Below, piece after piece: positions 50,337-63,612 of a stretch of DNA of 64,000 nucleotides (positions are counted from its first letter, which is position 1; every line of letters begins with the position of its first letter). A program made the translations under genes and the position numbers. This stretch comes from Eledone cirrhosa. Taxonomy: Eukaryota. The notes beneath the pieces were generated by a model. That model did not search any database. It was not told where the DNA came from and saw nothing but the letters and a program-made list of their open reading frames with translations. The stretch covers positions 5,828,001-5,892,000 of the forward strand of contig OZ024760.1 of assembly GCA_964016885.1 (NCBI GenBank), written 5' to 3'.

Positions 50337-51948
50337 ATAGACAAGTGTCTTGTTCACATTAATCCCATCACAGAAGACGAGACGGTCGACCCCCCCACTT
50401 CAACTGGCTTATCGTTTGCTAATAATGTTCCCTGCTTTTCGTTCATATATAACCCATCATCGTTATTGTTATCAGTACTCCCGTGTCTCCTCCTTGTTTA
50501 TAAAAAGATCCTTGTCTTTCTTCAATCGATATATATATATATATATATAACACTACTTCACTGTATTAGAAATCCGGCTTCCATCTCACAGGATGCCAGA
50601 AACTGAGATGTGTTTGCACATCCTTGGCACACGAAACAAACAAAATTAACGGAGATAATCTCTCTCTCTTGCTTACTATCACACTCCCCCACTAACTCTC
50701 TCTCTCTCTCTCTTGCTTACTATCACACTCCCCCACTAACTCTCTCTCTCTCTCTCTCTTGCTTACTATCACACTCCCCCACTAACTCTCTCTCTCTCTC
50801 TCTCTTGCTTGCTTACCATCACACTTCCCCACTAACTCTCTTTTTTTCTCCTTCTCTCTCTTTCTTGTTTATTATCACACCCCCTAAGTCTTTCTTTCTC
50901 ACGCTCTATCTCTCTCTCTTGCTTATTATCACACACACTCACTCATACATTTTCTATCTATCTATCTATCACTGTCCCTTCACTCGTTCTTTCTTTATCT
51001 ATCACAACCCCCGCACTCAATCTTTCTCTGTCTATCTATCACACCTCCTCACTCAGTCTTTCTCATCTTTCTTTCAACCACACTCTTTAGTCTCTCTCTC
51101 TCTCTCTCTATCACACCCCCTCATCTAGTCCATCTATCTATCAAACTCGTTAGTCTCTCTCTTTCGACGTATCTATCACATTCCCTCACTAAGTATCTCT
51201 CTCTATCTATCTCACTCCTTAGTCTCTGTATCTATCACACACCTTCTCTCTCTTTCTCTCTATCAATTACACTCCTTAATCAGTCTCTCTCTCTCTCTCT
51301 CTGTATCTATCACACCCCCTCATCTAGTCAATCTATCTATCAAACTCGTTAGTCTCTCTCTTTCGACGTATCTATCACATTCCCTCACTAAGTATCTCTA
51401 TCTATCTATCTCACTCCTTAGTCTCTGTATCTATCACACACCTTCTCTCTCTCTCTCTATCAATTACACTCCTTAATCAGTCTTTTCTCTCTCTCTCTCT
51501 CCATCTATCAATCAAACTCCTTAATAGATCTTTCTCTCTTTATCTAGTTCTCTCCCCCTTTTCTTTTCATTCAAACTAACACTGCCTCTTTTCTTTTATT
51601 TTCTCTCTCTCTCTCCCCCTTATTTCCTCTGCCTTTTCTTTATAATCGCCACGCTTTTTCTTGTCTCTCTTTCTCTCTTTATTTTATTTCCTCACTTATT
51701 CATTTCAATCTCCTACTCCCTATTTTCATTCCTCCTCTCTCTTCCTCTGTATCTATCTATCTCTCATCTTTTCCTTTTTCTCTTCTCCTTTATTTCTCTT
51801 TATATCTTTTTCTTCTTTTCCTTTTCTTTCAATCACTTACTCTCTCACTATATATGTGTTGTCTCCCTCCAGCTCGAGAATGTTTTGAAAATTATACCAT
51901 GTTTAGTCAGAGTTGTGTCATTTCTATTCGTCTTATATACATACATAC

Positions 51949-51995
<47 letters not shown>

Positions 51996-52075
51996 CATAT
52001 GTATATATATAAAGAAATAACCACCTCGAATGAGAAATTCGGAGTCCCAGTCACTTCATACATATAATAAATTTG

Positions 52076-52136
<61 letters not shown>

Positions 52137-52242
52137 AAGTTATATTTAAAATTGTTGGGTTACAATATATATATATATATATATACATACACACACACAT
52201 ATATATATATACATACACACACACATATATATATATATACAT

Positions 52243-52365
<123 letters not shown>

Positions 52366-52438
52366 TATATATATATACATACACACACACATATATATAT
52401 ATACATACACACACACACATATATATATATACACACAC

Positions 52439-52469
<31 letters not shown>

Positions 52470-52731
52470 TACACATATATATATATATACACACATAAAT
52501 TTGTGACCTAGTCATCGGGCGCTTGGACGAACGATTATATATATATATATGTACTTATATAATCTAGCCTCATGAAAAGGTCGGATAACACCCACCGCTT
52601 TTCAGATTTCGTTTCGTTTCGTCTGTCCTGTATGTTAATATATAAACCGTCAAACATACGGGCTTTAAAAAGAACATGTCAGCTCCCATTGGAAACAAGA
52701 CGAAGCGTGTTCGAATCTAAACAGCGGAATT

Positions 52732-52831
52732 ATGGCAGAGAAATTAGTGAAATATGGACAATTATTCCGAAAGTCGTTCACGTTAGCAGACAAAAATGTT
52801 GCCAAATGGTTTCCAGGTCACATGCATAAAG
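52732..52831 (+). CDS. MTG1: MTG1 (mitochondrial ribosome-associated GTPase 1, RbgA/YlqF family) coding exon 1
   Basis: ATG 52732, MAEKLVKYGQLFRKSFTLADKNVAKWFPGHMHK+G; WFPGHM is the RbgA/MTG1 N-terminal signature; phase-1 GT donor at 52832. Confidence 0.93.
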
Positions 52832-53090
52832 GTATTAATTATGCAGCTTATAAAACAAATATACCCATTGATGATGGTGATAATGGTGGTGGTGGTGGTG
52901 GTTTGGTTTGGTTTGTTGATTGTTTATTTTCCCCTAGCTCTTGTATATGCTAGTGTTAAGTTTATATTATAAGAGGTCGGTTTGAGAACTGCTACTCCAC
53001 TATACAATCGTGGGGCCAACACTGGGCCCCGAAACTTAAGGTAGCGCATATATGTAAAGTGTGTGAACTTTAATATATATATATATATAT

Positions 53091-53491
53091 ACGATATTAA
53101 ATAAATGGAAACTATATTTATAAAACCATATTTATTTCATTATATATATTTCAGGGATATCATATTAACAATATGCTGTGCCTTCCTCAGACAAAATACA
53201 ATATAGACAGTTTTATAGACTGCCAAATCAACTTTTCAAATACAAGTCGATGTTGAACGGTATGTCAAATCTATTTATCTATAAAACTGTCTATATTGTA
53301 TTTTGTCTGAGGAAGGCATAGCATATTGTTAATATGATATCCCTGAGATATATATAATGAAATAAATATGGTTTTATAAATATAGTTTCCATTTATTTAA
53401 TATCGTAAATATACTCCAAATATTTGTTGAGTGCTTTTATATCAGTTATAAATATTTACTAGTTGTAACCCAACAATTTAAATATAACTTT

Positions 53492-53495
<4 letters not shown>
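53091..53495 (+). mobile_element. Fold-back Penelope-like pLTR in MTG1 intron 1
   Basis: 53091-53218 is the inverse of 53279-53407; tail TACTCC..GAGTGC to (TA)n. Confidence 0.72.
53133..53198 (-). ncRNA. Type I hammerhead ribozyme in MTG1 intron 1 (antisense)
   Basis: TATTTTGT-CTGAGGA-(AGG..CATATT/AATATG..CCT)-GAAA-TATATA-TA-ATGAAATA; the plus-strand mirror copy at 53299-53364 has GAGA instead of GAAA. Confidence 0.75.
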
Positions 53496-53525
<30 letters not shown>

Positions 53526-54050
53526 CGACTCACTGCCAGTGATTGAACCCCGGACCTGGACCTCACCGTCTCTTATACTTACCACTAGGCTAACTTTAAT
53601 TATATCTCATAAAATAATACAACTGGCTTTTCCACATAATACATATTGTTAGCACCCCAAACACTTAAATTGGGTTCATATTAAAATATAACCTAATGTT
53701 TGTTGAGTGAGATGGTTACCAGTCAGAGTTTAGCTTTAAACTATCTCTGTTATTGTATTAAATATATATATCCTCTTCTTCTTCGACCACTTATTCCTGT
53801 GAGAGGGTCGTGGGGGCGGAGTCCTCAAACATTCGTTCCAGTGGCTCCTGTCAGAAGCAACCGTCTCCAACAGATCTGGCTGGATCCCACATATATATAT
53901 ATAATATAATCAAATGTTAATAAGGTTCATTGATTACTCAATGAATATAGTTTTACAATAGATTCAAAGCACTCAACAAGAAAGTTTTCTGGAGTTATTA
54001 ATATTATTCAAAATATTAATAAATGAAGACGTTCACATAATCAAAATATA

Positions 54051-54116
54051 TGTTTTATTATATATATTTCGGAGGTACTGTGCTGTTTTTTCAGTACGTC
54101 CTCATCAGATAAAATA
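54051..54116 (-). ncRNA. Type I hammerhead ribozyme in MTG1 intron 1 (antisense)
   Basis: TATTTTAT-CTGATGA-GGAcGTACTG/CAGTACcTCC-GAAA-TATATA-TA-ATAAAACA. Confidence 0.82.
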
Positions 54117-55234
54117 CATCAATTGATGTACGACATACCTCAACTGTCTTGATGGTTTAATTTCAGTCTGCCGATGTTATCTTTGCCTTTCATCCTTACG
54201 AGGTCGATAAAATAAAGCACCAGTAATTCACTGGGATATTCGGCTGGCCTCGTGCCAAAAGTAGAAACAATTATTTATATTCGACTGGGAGACGGACGTT
54301 AGGGAGTTCGCGGGTGCCAACGGAGGAGGGGAAGTACCACAGAAAACGAAGAATTTACGACGATTTTTAAGGCCGTTCAAAACTTTAAAAATCATTAATA
54401 AACAACATAAATTTCATCTTCAAAATTCTAACCAAATTTATCAACAAACTCCCCCTTAAAAATTAATCCTTATTATTATTTAATGGGGTCGATAAAATAA
54501 AGTACCAGTAATCTACTGTTATTTGCTGGCCTTGTGCCAAATGTAGAAACAATTATTATTTAATTTATTCATTTATTTTTACTATTACACACGTCTCGTT
54601 AATTTCATAGGCAAACTGTTCCCGTTGAACGAACTACTGGGATACTCAACTCGAAACCGACGGAGGTCCAATAAAGTGACATTGAACTGACCGCAAAAAC
54701 TATAAAAATAAACGAGAAAAAAAAAAAACATTCGTTCGATTACAAATTATGTGTATGTGTGTGGTGGTAGTGAATGCATTGATAGTTTATCGATCCCGGC
54801 ATGACAAACAAGAATTAAAGACGATATTTGACAGCGATTTAAATAGTTTGAAATTAGAACGTAGAAATCATTAAGATATAAGTCACCCAAAAACTTTCTC
54901 ACTGTAGAAATTAGTCTGACAAAGGTTATTTCCCTTGGATCGTGCAATTTATTTTAACATATGCCAACTTCTATATCTTTATTCGCATATATGTATGTAT
55001 GTATATATATATGTGTATGTATATATATAAATATATATGTATGTATATACATATATGTATGTATATATAAATATATATACATATGTGTATGTATATATAT
55101 ACACATATATGTATGTATATATAAATATATATACATATATGTATGTATATATATATATATAGAGAGAGAGAGAGCTATGTAAAATCGCGACTGCAGCGCC
55201 AAGCAGTTTCGGTTTAATATATATATTAAAGTTG

Positions 55235-55320
<86 letters not shown>

Positions 55321-55363
55321 ACGATATATTAACAAATGGAAACTATATTTATAAAACTATATT

Positions 55364-55428
55364 TATTTCATTATACATATTTCAAGGACACCAAGTCAAA
55401 TTATGGTGCGCTTTCATCAGATAAAATA
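55364..55428 (-). ncRNA. Type I hammerhead ribozyme in MTG1 intron 1 (antisense)
   Basis: TATTTTAT-CTGATGA-AAGcGCACCA/TGGTGTcCTT-GAAA-TATGTA-TA-ATGAAATA; truncated copy of the same family at about 17535-17600. Confidence 0.78.
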
Positions 55429-55509
55429 TAATATAGATCAGTTTTATAAATAAATATACCCTTAAAGAATGCGACCATTTCTGTTGGAAGCTCCCGGATA
55501 TATATATAT

Positions 55510-55790
55510 ATACAAAGTAAGAAAACAGCACAGTTCCCATGACTTTCGGAAACATTTTTTCATGCTCAAAGTTGCTGAAGCATGGAACAAACTACCTGCA
55601 TCAGTTGTTAGCTGTCGAGACACTGCATCCTTTAAGGACTCCATGCTTCCCGAGATCCGCCAACACTACAGCTAACACATACACACATGTACTTCCCTGA
55701 CATTTGTGTATTATTCTATGTACTTTACATACACCTTTGACGAGTTGTAGTGCACCTGAGCACTTTACACAATAATTTCATTATTATTAT
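55510..55790 (+). mobile_element. CR1/L2-group LINE 3' fragment; 3'UTR-only copy at about 58930-59050
   Basis: KVRKQHSSHDFRKHFFMLKVAEAWNKLP. Confidence 0.8.
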
Positions 55791-56074
55791 ATATATATAT
55801 AACTTCAAATCCCGCCGAAGTTGACTTTGCCTTTCATCCTTACGGGGTCGATAAAATAAAGTACCAGTAATGCACTGGGTAATTGCTGGCCTTGTGCCTA
55901 AAGTAGAAACAATTATTATATATATATATATTTAAAAGTTAAACAAGGTTCAATGCATACATCAAAGAATGAGTTTTACAATAGATTGGAAGCATATAGA
56001 TATAGATATACACGCACACACACATATATATATATATATGTGTGGATGTATATGTATGTGTATATATATATGTC

Positions 56075-56670
56075 ATTCATCATCATCATCATCATCGTTT
56101 AACGTCCGTGTTCCACGCTTGCATAGGTTTGGACGGGAGTTTTCCCACTTGAGGCAAGAGTGATTGTCTTGCTCGCATAGGACTGTCTGGCGGGTTTTCT
56201 ACAGCTGGATGCCCTTCCTAACACCAACCACATTTACAGTGTGGGGCTGGGAGGTTTTTACCGTGTTGCCTACACGGCCACATTACAGCGTGGACTGTGT
56301 GTTTTTTTGTCGTGACACCTACACGATCTCATTTGTTTCGGCCTGGATGTTGTGGCACCAACATAACTTTACATTGAAAGGGGCGGTGTGGATGGGGTGG
56401 GGGTGGTGGGACGGGGGTGTATTTTGATAGAGATGCCTCCTGACTGTAGTAGGTTTTACTTTGTATTTAGGTAAGGCGGGTCTTCTCTATTACTGAGTAC
56501 CGCCAAAGGTCTCGGTCCAGTGACATTGTCTTGGAGAAGTGTAAGTGTGTGAGGTCGGAATTTATCAGCTCGTCCCAGGTTTTTCTGGGTCTGCCTACTC
56601 CGTGGCTACCGTCTATCTTTATTGCCCTGCACTTTGTTATACAGCTGTCGTCTTTCATGCGCATCACGTG
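56075..56670 (-). mobile_element. RTE 3' fragment plus 3'UTR
   Basis: HVMRMKDDSCITKCRAIKIDGSHGVGRPRKTWDELINSDL; (GAT)n tail. Confidence 0.8.
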
Positions 56671-56869
56671 ATATGTATGTATATATATATGTATGTATGT
56701 GTATATATATGTATATATCATGATCATCATCATCGTTTAACGTCCATTTTCCACGTTAGCATGGGTCTGGAATGTATGTATGTGTATAAATATATATGTG
56801 TCTATGTAAATATGTGTATATATATATATATATATGTACGTGTAATGTCAACCCTTTCTTTTGTTACAG

Positions 56870-56934
56870 GTATGCAAAAAATGGTGAACCAGATGAAAAA
56901 CGTTGACTGTGTCATTGAAGTTCGAGATGCCAGA
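56870..56934 (+). CDS. MTG1: MTG1 coding exon 2
   Basis: ttttgttacAG acceptor; (G)MQKMVNQMKNVDCVIEVRDAR matches the family motif VDxxIEVxDAR; donor GTATCCTTT. Confidence 0.93.
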
Positions 56935-58320
56935 GTATCCTTTTCCACCTGACTAACTAGGAATGTTTTAATCTAAAGGTATGTAATCAATGATACCTGA
57001 GAAACATACAACTTAGTGCAGCGGTCGTCAAATGGTGGCCTGCAGACCACTGGTTGTCCGAGAGAAAATTTTGGACATTATTTGTAATTTTTATGTTTTA
57101 TTAATAATAAAACAAGAATAATAATCAGTTAAAATATATTTTAAACACCCCTAAAAAATGTTTCTCCTCAGTAAAGAACTAACATCCACAAAAGAATCCT
57201 ACACATATGTATCATCTATTGACAATGTGACACACGCACGCTTCAGTATTGTTTAATAAAATGGAAGTTCTCTGATCATTATTTTACAAATGTATTTATC
57301 TTTTTAGAAAAATTCATATTAGTGGTCCGTGGGAATTAAAATTATGAATTTAGTGGTCCATGGGGTTCGAAAGGTTGGTGACCACTGCCTTAGTGTATTA
57401 CTAGAAGTGGATGTATGTGGCCCAATGGTAAGTGTGTTGGACTTGCGATCATAATGGTGCAGGTTTGATTCCTGCACTGGGTTGTGTAATGTGTTGGTTC
57501 TTAAGCAAAACACTTCATTTCACGTTGCCCCAGTATACTCAGCTGACAATGGATACCAGCAGTGGCTGGGGGTTTAACCCTACAATGGAGTGGTGTTTTT
57601 TTATCATGTCATCACTACTACCACTCTGAAGGCGTGAGTTTGATTCCTGGCGGCAAAAATTAGTTGCACCTGTAATTCGAAGGGCCAGCTTTGTCATCTT
57701 CTGTGTCACGCTGTTTTTCCTTGAGAACTATGTTATGGGTACATGCGTTTGTGGAATGCTCAGCCACTTGCATGTTAATTTCACGAACATGCTGTTCCAT
57801 TGATCATATCAACTGGAACACTCGTCGTCGTAACTGATGAAGTGCTGCTGCTATTGCCACTTTACAGAGTGTACAGTATTTTATCATGACACCAACACTA
57901 CCACTTTACAGAGTGTACTGGGTGTCTTTTATCATGACGCCACAACTACCACTTTACAGAGTGTACTGGGTGTATTTTATCATGCCACATTGACACAGTT
58001 CTTAGAACATCGGAGAGAATGATTTGAGGCATTGATTTCGATTTTCTGCTCTCTCTCTGAGTTCAAATCCCACCGAGATCAACTTTGCCTTTCATCTTTT
58101 CAAGTTAATAAAAAAATACCAGTCTAGTACTGGGATTGATTCTCTCTCTCCAAGAATTCTTCATCTTTGCTCAGACCTGGAGAGGAGCTAGGCTCTGCCG
58201 GGTTTAAAAAATACCCGAGACACATCATATGTCATCATATGCCAACCCTTCAACAAAACCTCTTCGACTCCACAAAGAGTTACAGTTCCATACATTCATG
58301 TTTCCTTAATATTTAAACAG
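56935..58320 (+). other. U12-type (minor spliceosome) GT-AG intron, MTG1 intron 2
   Basis: 5' splice site GTATCCTTT; branch point TTTCCTTAAT at 58301-58310, 10 nt before the 3' end; no polypyrimidine tract. Confidence 0.88.
57019..57387. mobile_element. hAT-like MITE
   Basis: CAGCGGTC..GACCACTG ends; 8-bp TSD ACTTAGTG/CCTTAGTG (one mismatch). Confidence 0.7.
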
Positions 58321-58515
58321 ATTCCCTTATCAGGTCAGAATCCCAAGTTTTCTGGAATCCTAGCCGCCCGCCCACATGTATTACTGTTAAACAAAGCTGA
58401 CCTGTGTGATATGACTTTTAAAGATGATGTCTTACACCAGTTAAAGAAAGAAGGCGTAGGAGAAGTAATGTGGGTCAGCTGTAAGGACCAAAACCCTTCA
58501 ATTGTAAAGAAAAAG
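58321..58515 (+). CDS. MTG1: MTG1 coding exon 3
   Basis: IPLSGQNPKFSGILAARPHVLLLNKADLCDMTFKDDVLHQLKKEGVGEVMWVSCKDQNPSIVKKK; IPLS continues DAR; NKAD is the G4 motif; AG/GT boundaries in phase 0. Confidence 0.93.
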
Positions 58516-60210
58516 GTTTGTTTGTTTCCCAATTCTAAACTCTCTTCTTCTTGAGTCATCCCTCCATGAAAGTTCTTGTTCCAGACATCCCGATCTCTCA
58601 TCACAGCAAGATCTTGTCCAGTGAGGCCAGTGTCCTTTTCCAACAAAGTCCTGATGGTTATGTTTGGACATCCTACTCAGCACTTTGTATCTGGTGACCA
58701 GAGAAGCAGTTTCCCTGCAGGTTCATCATGGCAGGAAACATGACCTGCAAGGACCAAGCAACAGCATCGAACTTTTGATGAAACTCGTGGCAGATCATCA
58801 TAAAAACTTTGTTGGTAGTGTGACTTTACCATGAAATGTTGAAGGGCAGATCTGGCTGTATGGGAAAGTAGAGGAAAGTGTAGAAACCATCAACTCTCAT
58901 TAAGCAAGCAACAGTTCGAAACTGTGTATATCGTGACTCATACACTATTCACTTCCCTGACATTTGTGTATTATTCTATGTACTATACATGTACCTTTGA
59001 TGAGTTGTAGTGCACCTGAGCACTTTACACAATAATTTCATTATATATTATTATACTTGAGTATATGTTAAGCCCCAGCTCAGCCCTGAACAAGCTGACC
59101 AAGGATCAGATTTGATCCTCCTTTCTTTTATTCAGACACAGTGGTAAGTCAGGTGGCACTGGTAACCTTGGGCCAGCAACAGAGCCTCTACATAGTTGCT
59201 CGACTTGTTAGAAAAAGCAGCCAAATCATCATCATCATCATCATCATCACTGATTAATGCAATCACGGGCAAACTCGGGCCTGTGAACCACATGGCCCAT
59301 ACTTGTATGGATTGGAGGAGTTGTCGTATGCTGAAGCCAGATGGTCAGCTGACTACATCCTGCTTGTATGCTCCATCTTGGCTAGGTTTCTATGGCTAGT
59401 GGCCCCTCCTAACACCAACCACTTTATAGCATCTACTGAGAACATTTTATCATGACTCCAGCACTACTACGCTGCAATGTGGACTGGGTGCTTTTTGTCA
59501 TGGAACTAGCACTACCACATTAGAGTTACTGGGTGCCTTTTGTCATGGCACCAGCATTGCCACCTCTCGGGGTGGACTGGGTGCTTTTTGTCGCAGCACC
59601 AGCACTATCCCCTACAGGGTGGACTGGGTGCTTTTTTTCATGGTAGCTGGAGTATTTATAGTCATAAGTCTGTTTGATCAGGGCTGACATGGAGCTAAAC
59701 AACAACAACAATTATGTTTATGTCCTCTTCTCTGTTTGCTCCTCTGCAAGATCAGAACGTCAGCAGCCCTTCTTAGGAAGAAGCCCTGCGAGGTAGTGTG
59801 TCGCTGGCCATTGTCCATGGAAAGGCTTTTCTGCAGTCTTGTCTGCAGTGTGCAGCTCCAACACCACCGCGCCTTAGGTTCAGACCACATCACCCTGCTC
59901 CCTTTCTGCTGTGGCCCTAGAGTCTTTGCTTTTCCCTTCCTTTTACTTCCATTTATGGCTTTTGTAGTCCTTTCCTCTACTTTCCCATACAGCCAGATCT
60001 GCCCTTCCTTACCCCTTCCCCATTTTCTCATTGCTTAAGTTTGCTTTTATCTTTCTTTTACTCCCATTTATGGCTTTCGTAGTCCTTTCCTCTACTTTCC
60101 CATACAGCCAGATCTGCCCTTCCCCATTTTCTCATTGCTTAAGTTTGCTTTTATCTTTCTTTCTCACATTTATTTATCTTTTGAAAATAAAATTTGATAA
60201 AATATATATA

Positions 60211-60708
60211 CATTGTACCCCCCAGCATTCTTGGTCTCGGTTATTCATGGAATTTTCTTTAGAACCTAACTAATAATTGTTCGTGGAAACCACCTCCTAT
60301 TCGCGGAATTGTAAATATCTTCCATGATTTTTCTAATGACTTTTTTGTGGCAATATATATTTTTTCAATGCTAAATTATTGGCAGTATCGGTAGAGAGTC
60401 GGACCCCATGCTTTGACGCATAGAGTTACGGCCCTTGCCATTCTGAGTTCAAATCCCGCCGAGGTTAACTTTGCCTTTCACCCTTACGGGGTCGATAAAA
60501 TAAAGTACCAGTAATGTACTGGGGTAATTGCTGGCCTTGTGCCAAAAGTAGAAACAATTATTAAATATTACCATATTTGGCTGCCTCTTCTTTTATTATA
60601 TTTTGACGTTTATAGGTATTTTTATGGACCACGTCCAATATTCGCGGTTTTTCACTCTTCGCGGGTGGTCTAGGAACATAACCCCTGCAAATACTGAGGG
60701 ACTACTGT
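60211..60708. mobile_element. pogo/Tigger-like MITE interrupted by a SINE
   Basis: Right end GAGGGACTACTG|TA; degenerate left end TA|CATTGTACCCC; internal TATTCGCGG motifs. Confidence 0.5.
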
Positions 60709-60744
60709 ATATATATTATTTATTGTTTTCAAATTTATTTGCAG

Positions 60745-60801
60745 CTTGTACCAACGATAATGAACGCTATCAATTCCTACGAAAGATTTACACAAACTGA
60801 T
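60745..60801 (+). CDS. MTG1: MTG1 coding exon 4
   Basis: tttgcAG|LVPTIMNAINSYERFTQTD|GTAAGT; 57 nt, phase 0-0, bridges exons 3 and 5 in frame. Confidence 0.85.
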
Positions 60802-60913
60802 GTAAGTTCTAGTTTGCTTTAACACTTAATATCCTGTAATGGTTTGTTAAATCAAATGTTTATAGTATCTTTACTGGTAGACAGATTGCTTAGTATTATC
60901 TCTTAACAATCAA

Positions 60914-61102
60914 GGCGGTGGATTGGCAATATCGGTAGAGGGTCGGACGCCATGCTTTCCAGCATAATTACGTCCCTTTACGATCTGAGTTCAAATCCCG
61001 CCGAGGTTGACTTTGCCTTTCATCCTTACGGGGTCGATAAAATAAAGTACCAGTAATGTACTGGGTAATTGCTGGCCTTGTGCCTAAAGTAGAAACAATT
61101 AT
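60914..61102 (+). mobile_element. tRNA-derived SINE; another copy at 60380-60562
   Basis: Full A/B boxes, core and tail; TTATCTCTTAACA on both flanks. Confidence 0.85.
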
Positions 61103-61455
61103 CTCTTAACATCCTGTAATGATTTAGTAGAAAATATTTAAATACAGGTTCGTTAATTCAGATTGTAGTATTATCTCTTAATATCCTGTAATGATTTAGT
61201 AGAAAATATTTAAATACAGGTTCGTTAATTCAGATTGTAGTATTATCTCTTAACATCCTGTAATAATTTAGTAGAAAATATGAAAATACAGGTTCATTAA
61301 TTCAAATGTTTTATAGTGTCTTTACTAATGGACAGATTGTTTGAAGATTTGCAGTATTATCTCTTAACATACTGAAATGGTTTAGCAAAAAACACTTTTT
61401 TTAAATATTAATATTGTTTTTTTTTCTCCTTCTCCTCTCACCATCATATTTACAG

Positions 61456-61546
61456 TTATCGATCTATAATGTAATGGTGATAGGAATACCAAATGTTGGA
61501 AAGTCTTCACTGATCAATACAATACGAAGTGTACTTATCCAGAGAG
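61456..61546 (+). CDS. MTG1: MTG1 coding exon 5 (P-loop); gene continues beyond the window
   Basis: tttacAG|LSIYNVMVIGIPNVGKSSLINTIRSVLIQR+G|GTAAAG; GxPNVGKS G1 motif follows G4, as in circularly permuted GTPases. Confidence 0.94.
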
Positions 61547-61590
61547 GTAAAGTAATCATTTTTTCTAAACACATCTTAAATTCTCTCTTA

Positions 61591-63612
61591 CATTACCATA
61601 TTTCTAATGAAAGACACTGTCTATGTCATTAACCCTTTCATTACCATATTTCTAATGAAAGACACTGTCTATGTCATTAACCCTTTCACTACCATATTTC
61701 TAATGAAAGACACTGTCTATGTCATTAACCCTTTCATTACCATATTTCTAATGAAAGACACTGTCTATGCCATTAACCCTTTCATTACCATATTTCTAAT
61801 GAAAGACACTGTCTATGTCATGAACCCTTTCATTACCATATTTCTAATGAAAGACACTGTCTATGTCATTAACCCTTTCATTACCATATTTTTAATGAAA
61901 GACACTGTCTATGTCATTAACCCTTTCATTACCATATTTCTAATGAAAGACACTACCTATGTCATTAACCCTTTCACTACCATATTTCTAATGAAAGACA
62001 CTATGTCATTAACCCTTTTGTTACCATATTTCTAATGAAAGACACTGTCAATGTCATTAACCCTTTTATTACCATATTTCTAATGAAAGACACTGTCAAT
62101 GTCATTAACCCTTTCACTACCATATTTCTAATGAAAGACACTGTCTATGTGATTAACCCTTTCACTACCATATTTCTAATGAAAGACACAGTCTATGTCA
62201 TTAACCCTTTCACTACCATATTTCTAATGAAAGACACTGTCTACGTCATTAACCCTTTCATTACCATATTTCTAATGAAAGACACTGTCTATGTCATTAA
62301 CCCTTTCATTACCATATTTCTAATGAAAGACACTGTCTATGTCATTAACCCTTTCATTACCATATTTCTAATGAAAGACACTACCTATGTCATTAACCCT
62401 TTCACTACCATATTTCTAATGAAAGACACTATGTCATTAACCCTTTTGTTACCATATTTCTAATGAAAGACACTGTCAATGTCATTAACCCTTTTATTAC
62501 CATATTTCTAATGAAAGACACTGTCAATGTCATTAACCCTTTCACTACCATATTTCTAATGAAAGACACTGTCTATGTGATTAACCCTTTCACTACCATA
62601 TTTCTAATGAAAGACACAGTCTATGTCATTAACCCTTTCACTACCATATTTCTAATGAAAGACACTGTCTACGTCATTAACCCTTTCATTACCATATTTC
62701 TAATGAAAGACACTGTCTATGTCATTAACCCTTTCATTACCATATTTCTAATGAAAGACACTGTCTATGTCATTAACCCTTTCATTACCATATTTCTAAT
62801 GAAAGACACTGTCTATGTCATTAACCCTTTCATTACCATATTTCTAATGAAAGACACAGTCTATGTCATTAACCCTTTCATTACCATATTTCTAATGAAA
62901 GACACTGTCTATGTCATTAACCCTTTCATTACTATATTTCTAATGAAAGACACTGTCTATGTCATTAACCCTTTCATTAGCATATTTCTAATGAAAGACA
63001 CTGTCTATGTCATTAACCCTTTCATTACCATATTTCTAATGAAAGACACTGTCTATGTCATTAACCCTTTCATTACCATATTTCTAATGAAAGACACAGT
63101 CAATGTCATTATCCCTTTCATTACCATATTTCTATTGAAAGACACTGTCTATGTCATTAACCCTTTCATTACCATATTTCTAATGGAAGACACTGTCTAT
63201 GTCATTAACCCTTTCATTTCCATATTTCTAATGGAAGACACTGTCTACGTCATTAACCCTTTCATTACCATATTTCTAATGAAAGACACAGTCAATGTCA
63301 TTATCCCTTTCATTACCATATTTCTAATGAAAGACACTGTCTATGACTTTAACCATTTCGTTACCATATTTCTAATGAAAGACACTACCTATGTCATTAA
63401 CCCTTTCATTACCATATTTCTAATGAAAGACACTGTCTATGTCATTAACCCTTTCACTACCATATTTCTAATGAAAGACACTGTCTATGTCATTAACCCT
63501 TTCATTACCATATTTCTAATGAAAGACACTACGTATGTCATTAACCCTTTCATTAGCATATTTCTAATGAAAGACACAGTCTATGTCATTAACACTTTCG
63601 CTATCATATTTT
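61591..63612 (+). repeat. 48-bp minisatellite, about 42 units, in MTG1 intron 5
   Basis: ATGAAAGACACTGTCTATGTCATTAACCCTTTCATTACCATATTTCTA. Confidence 0.97.
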
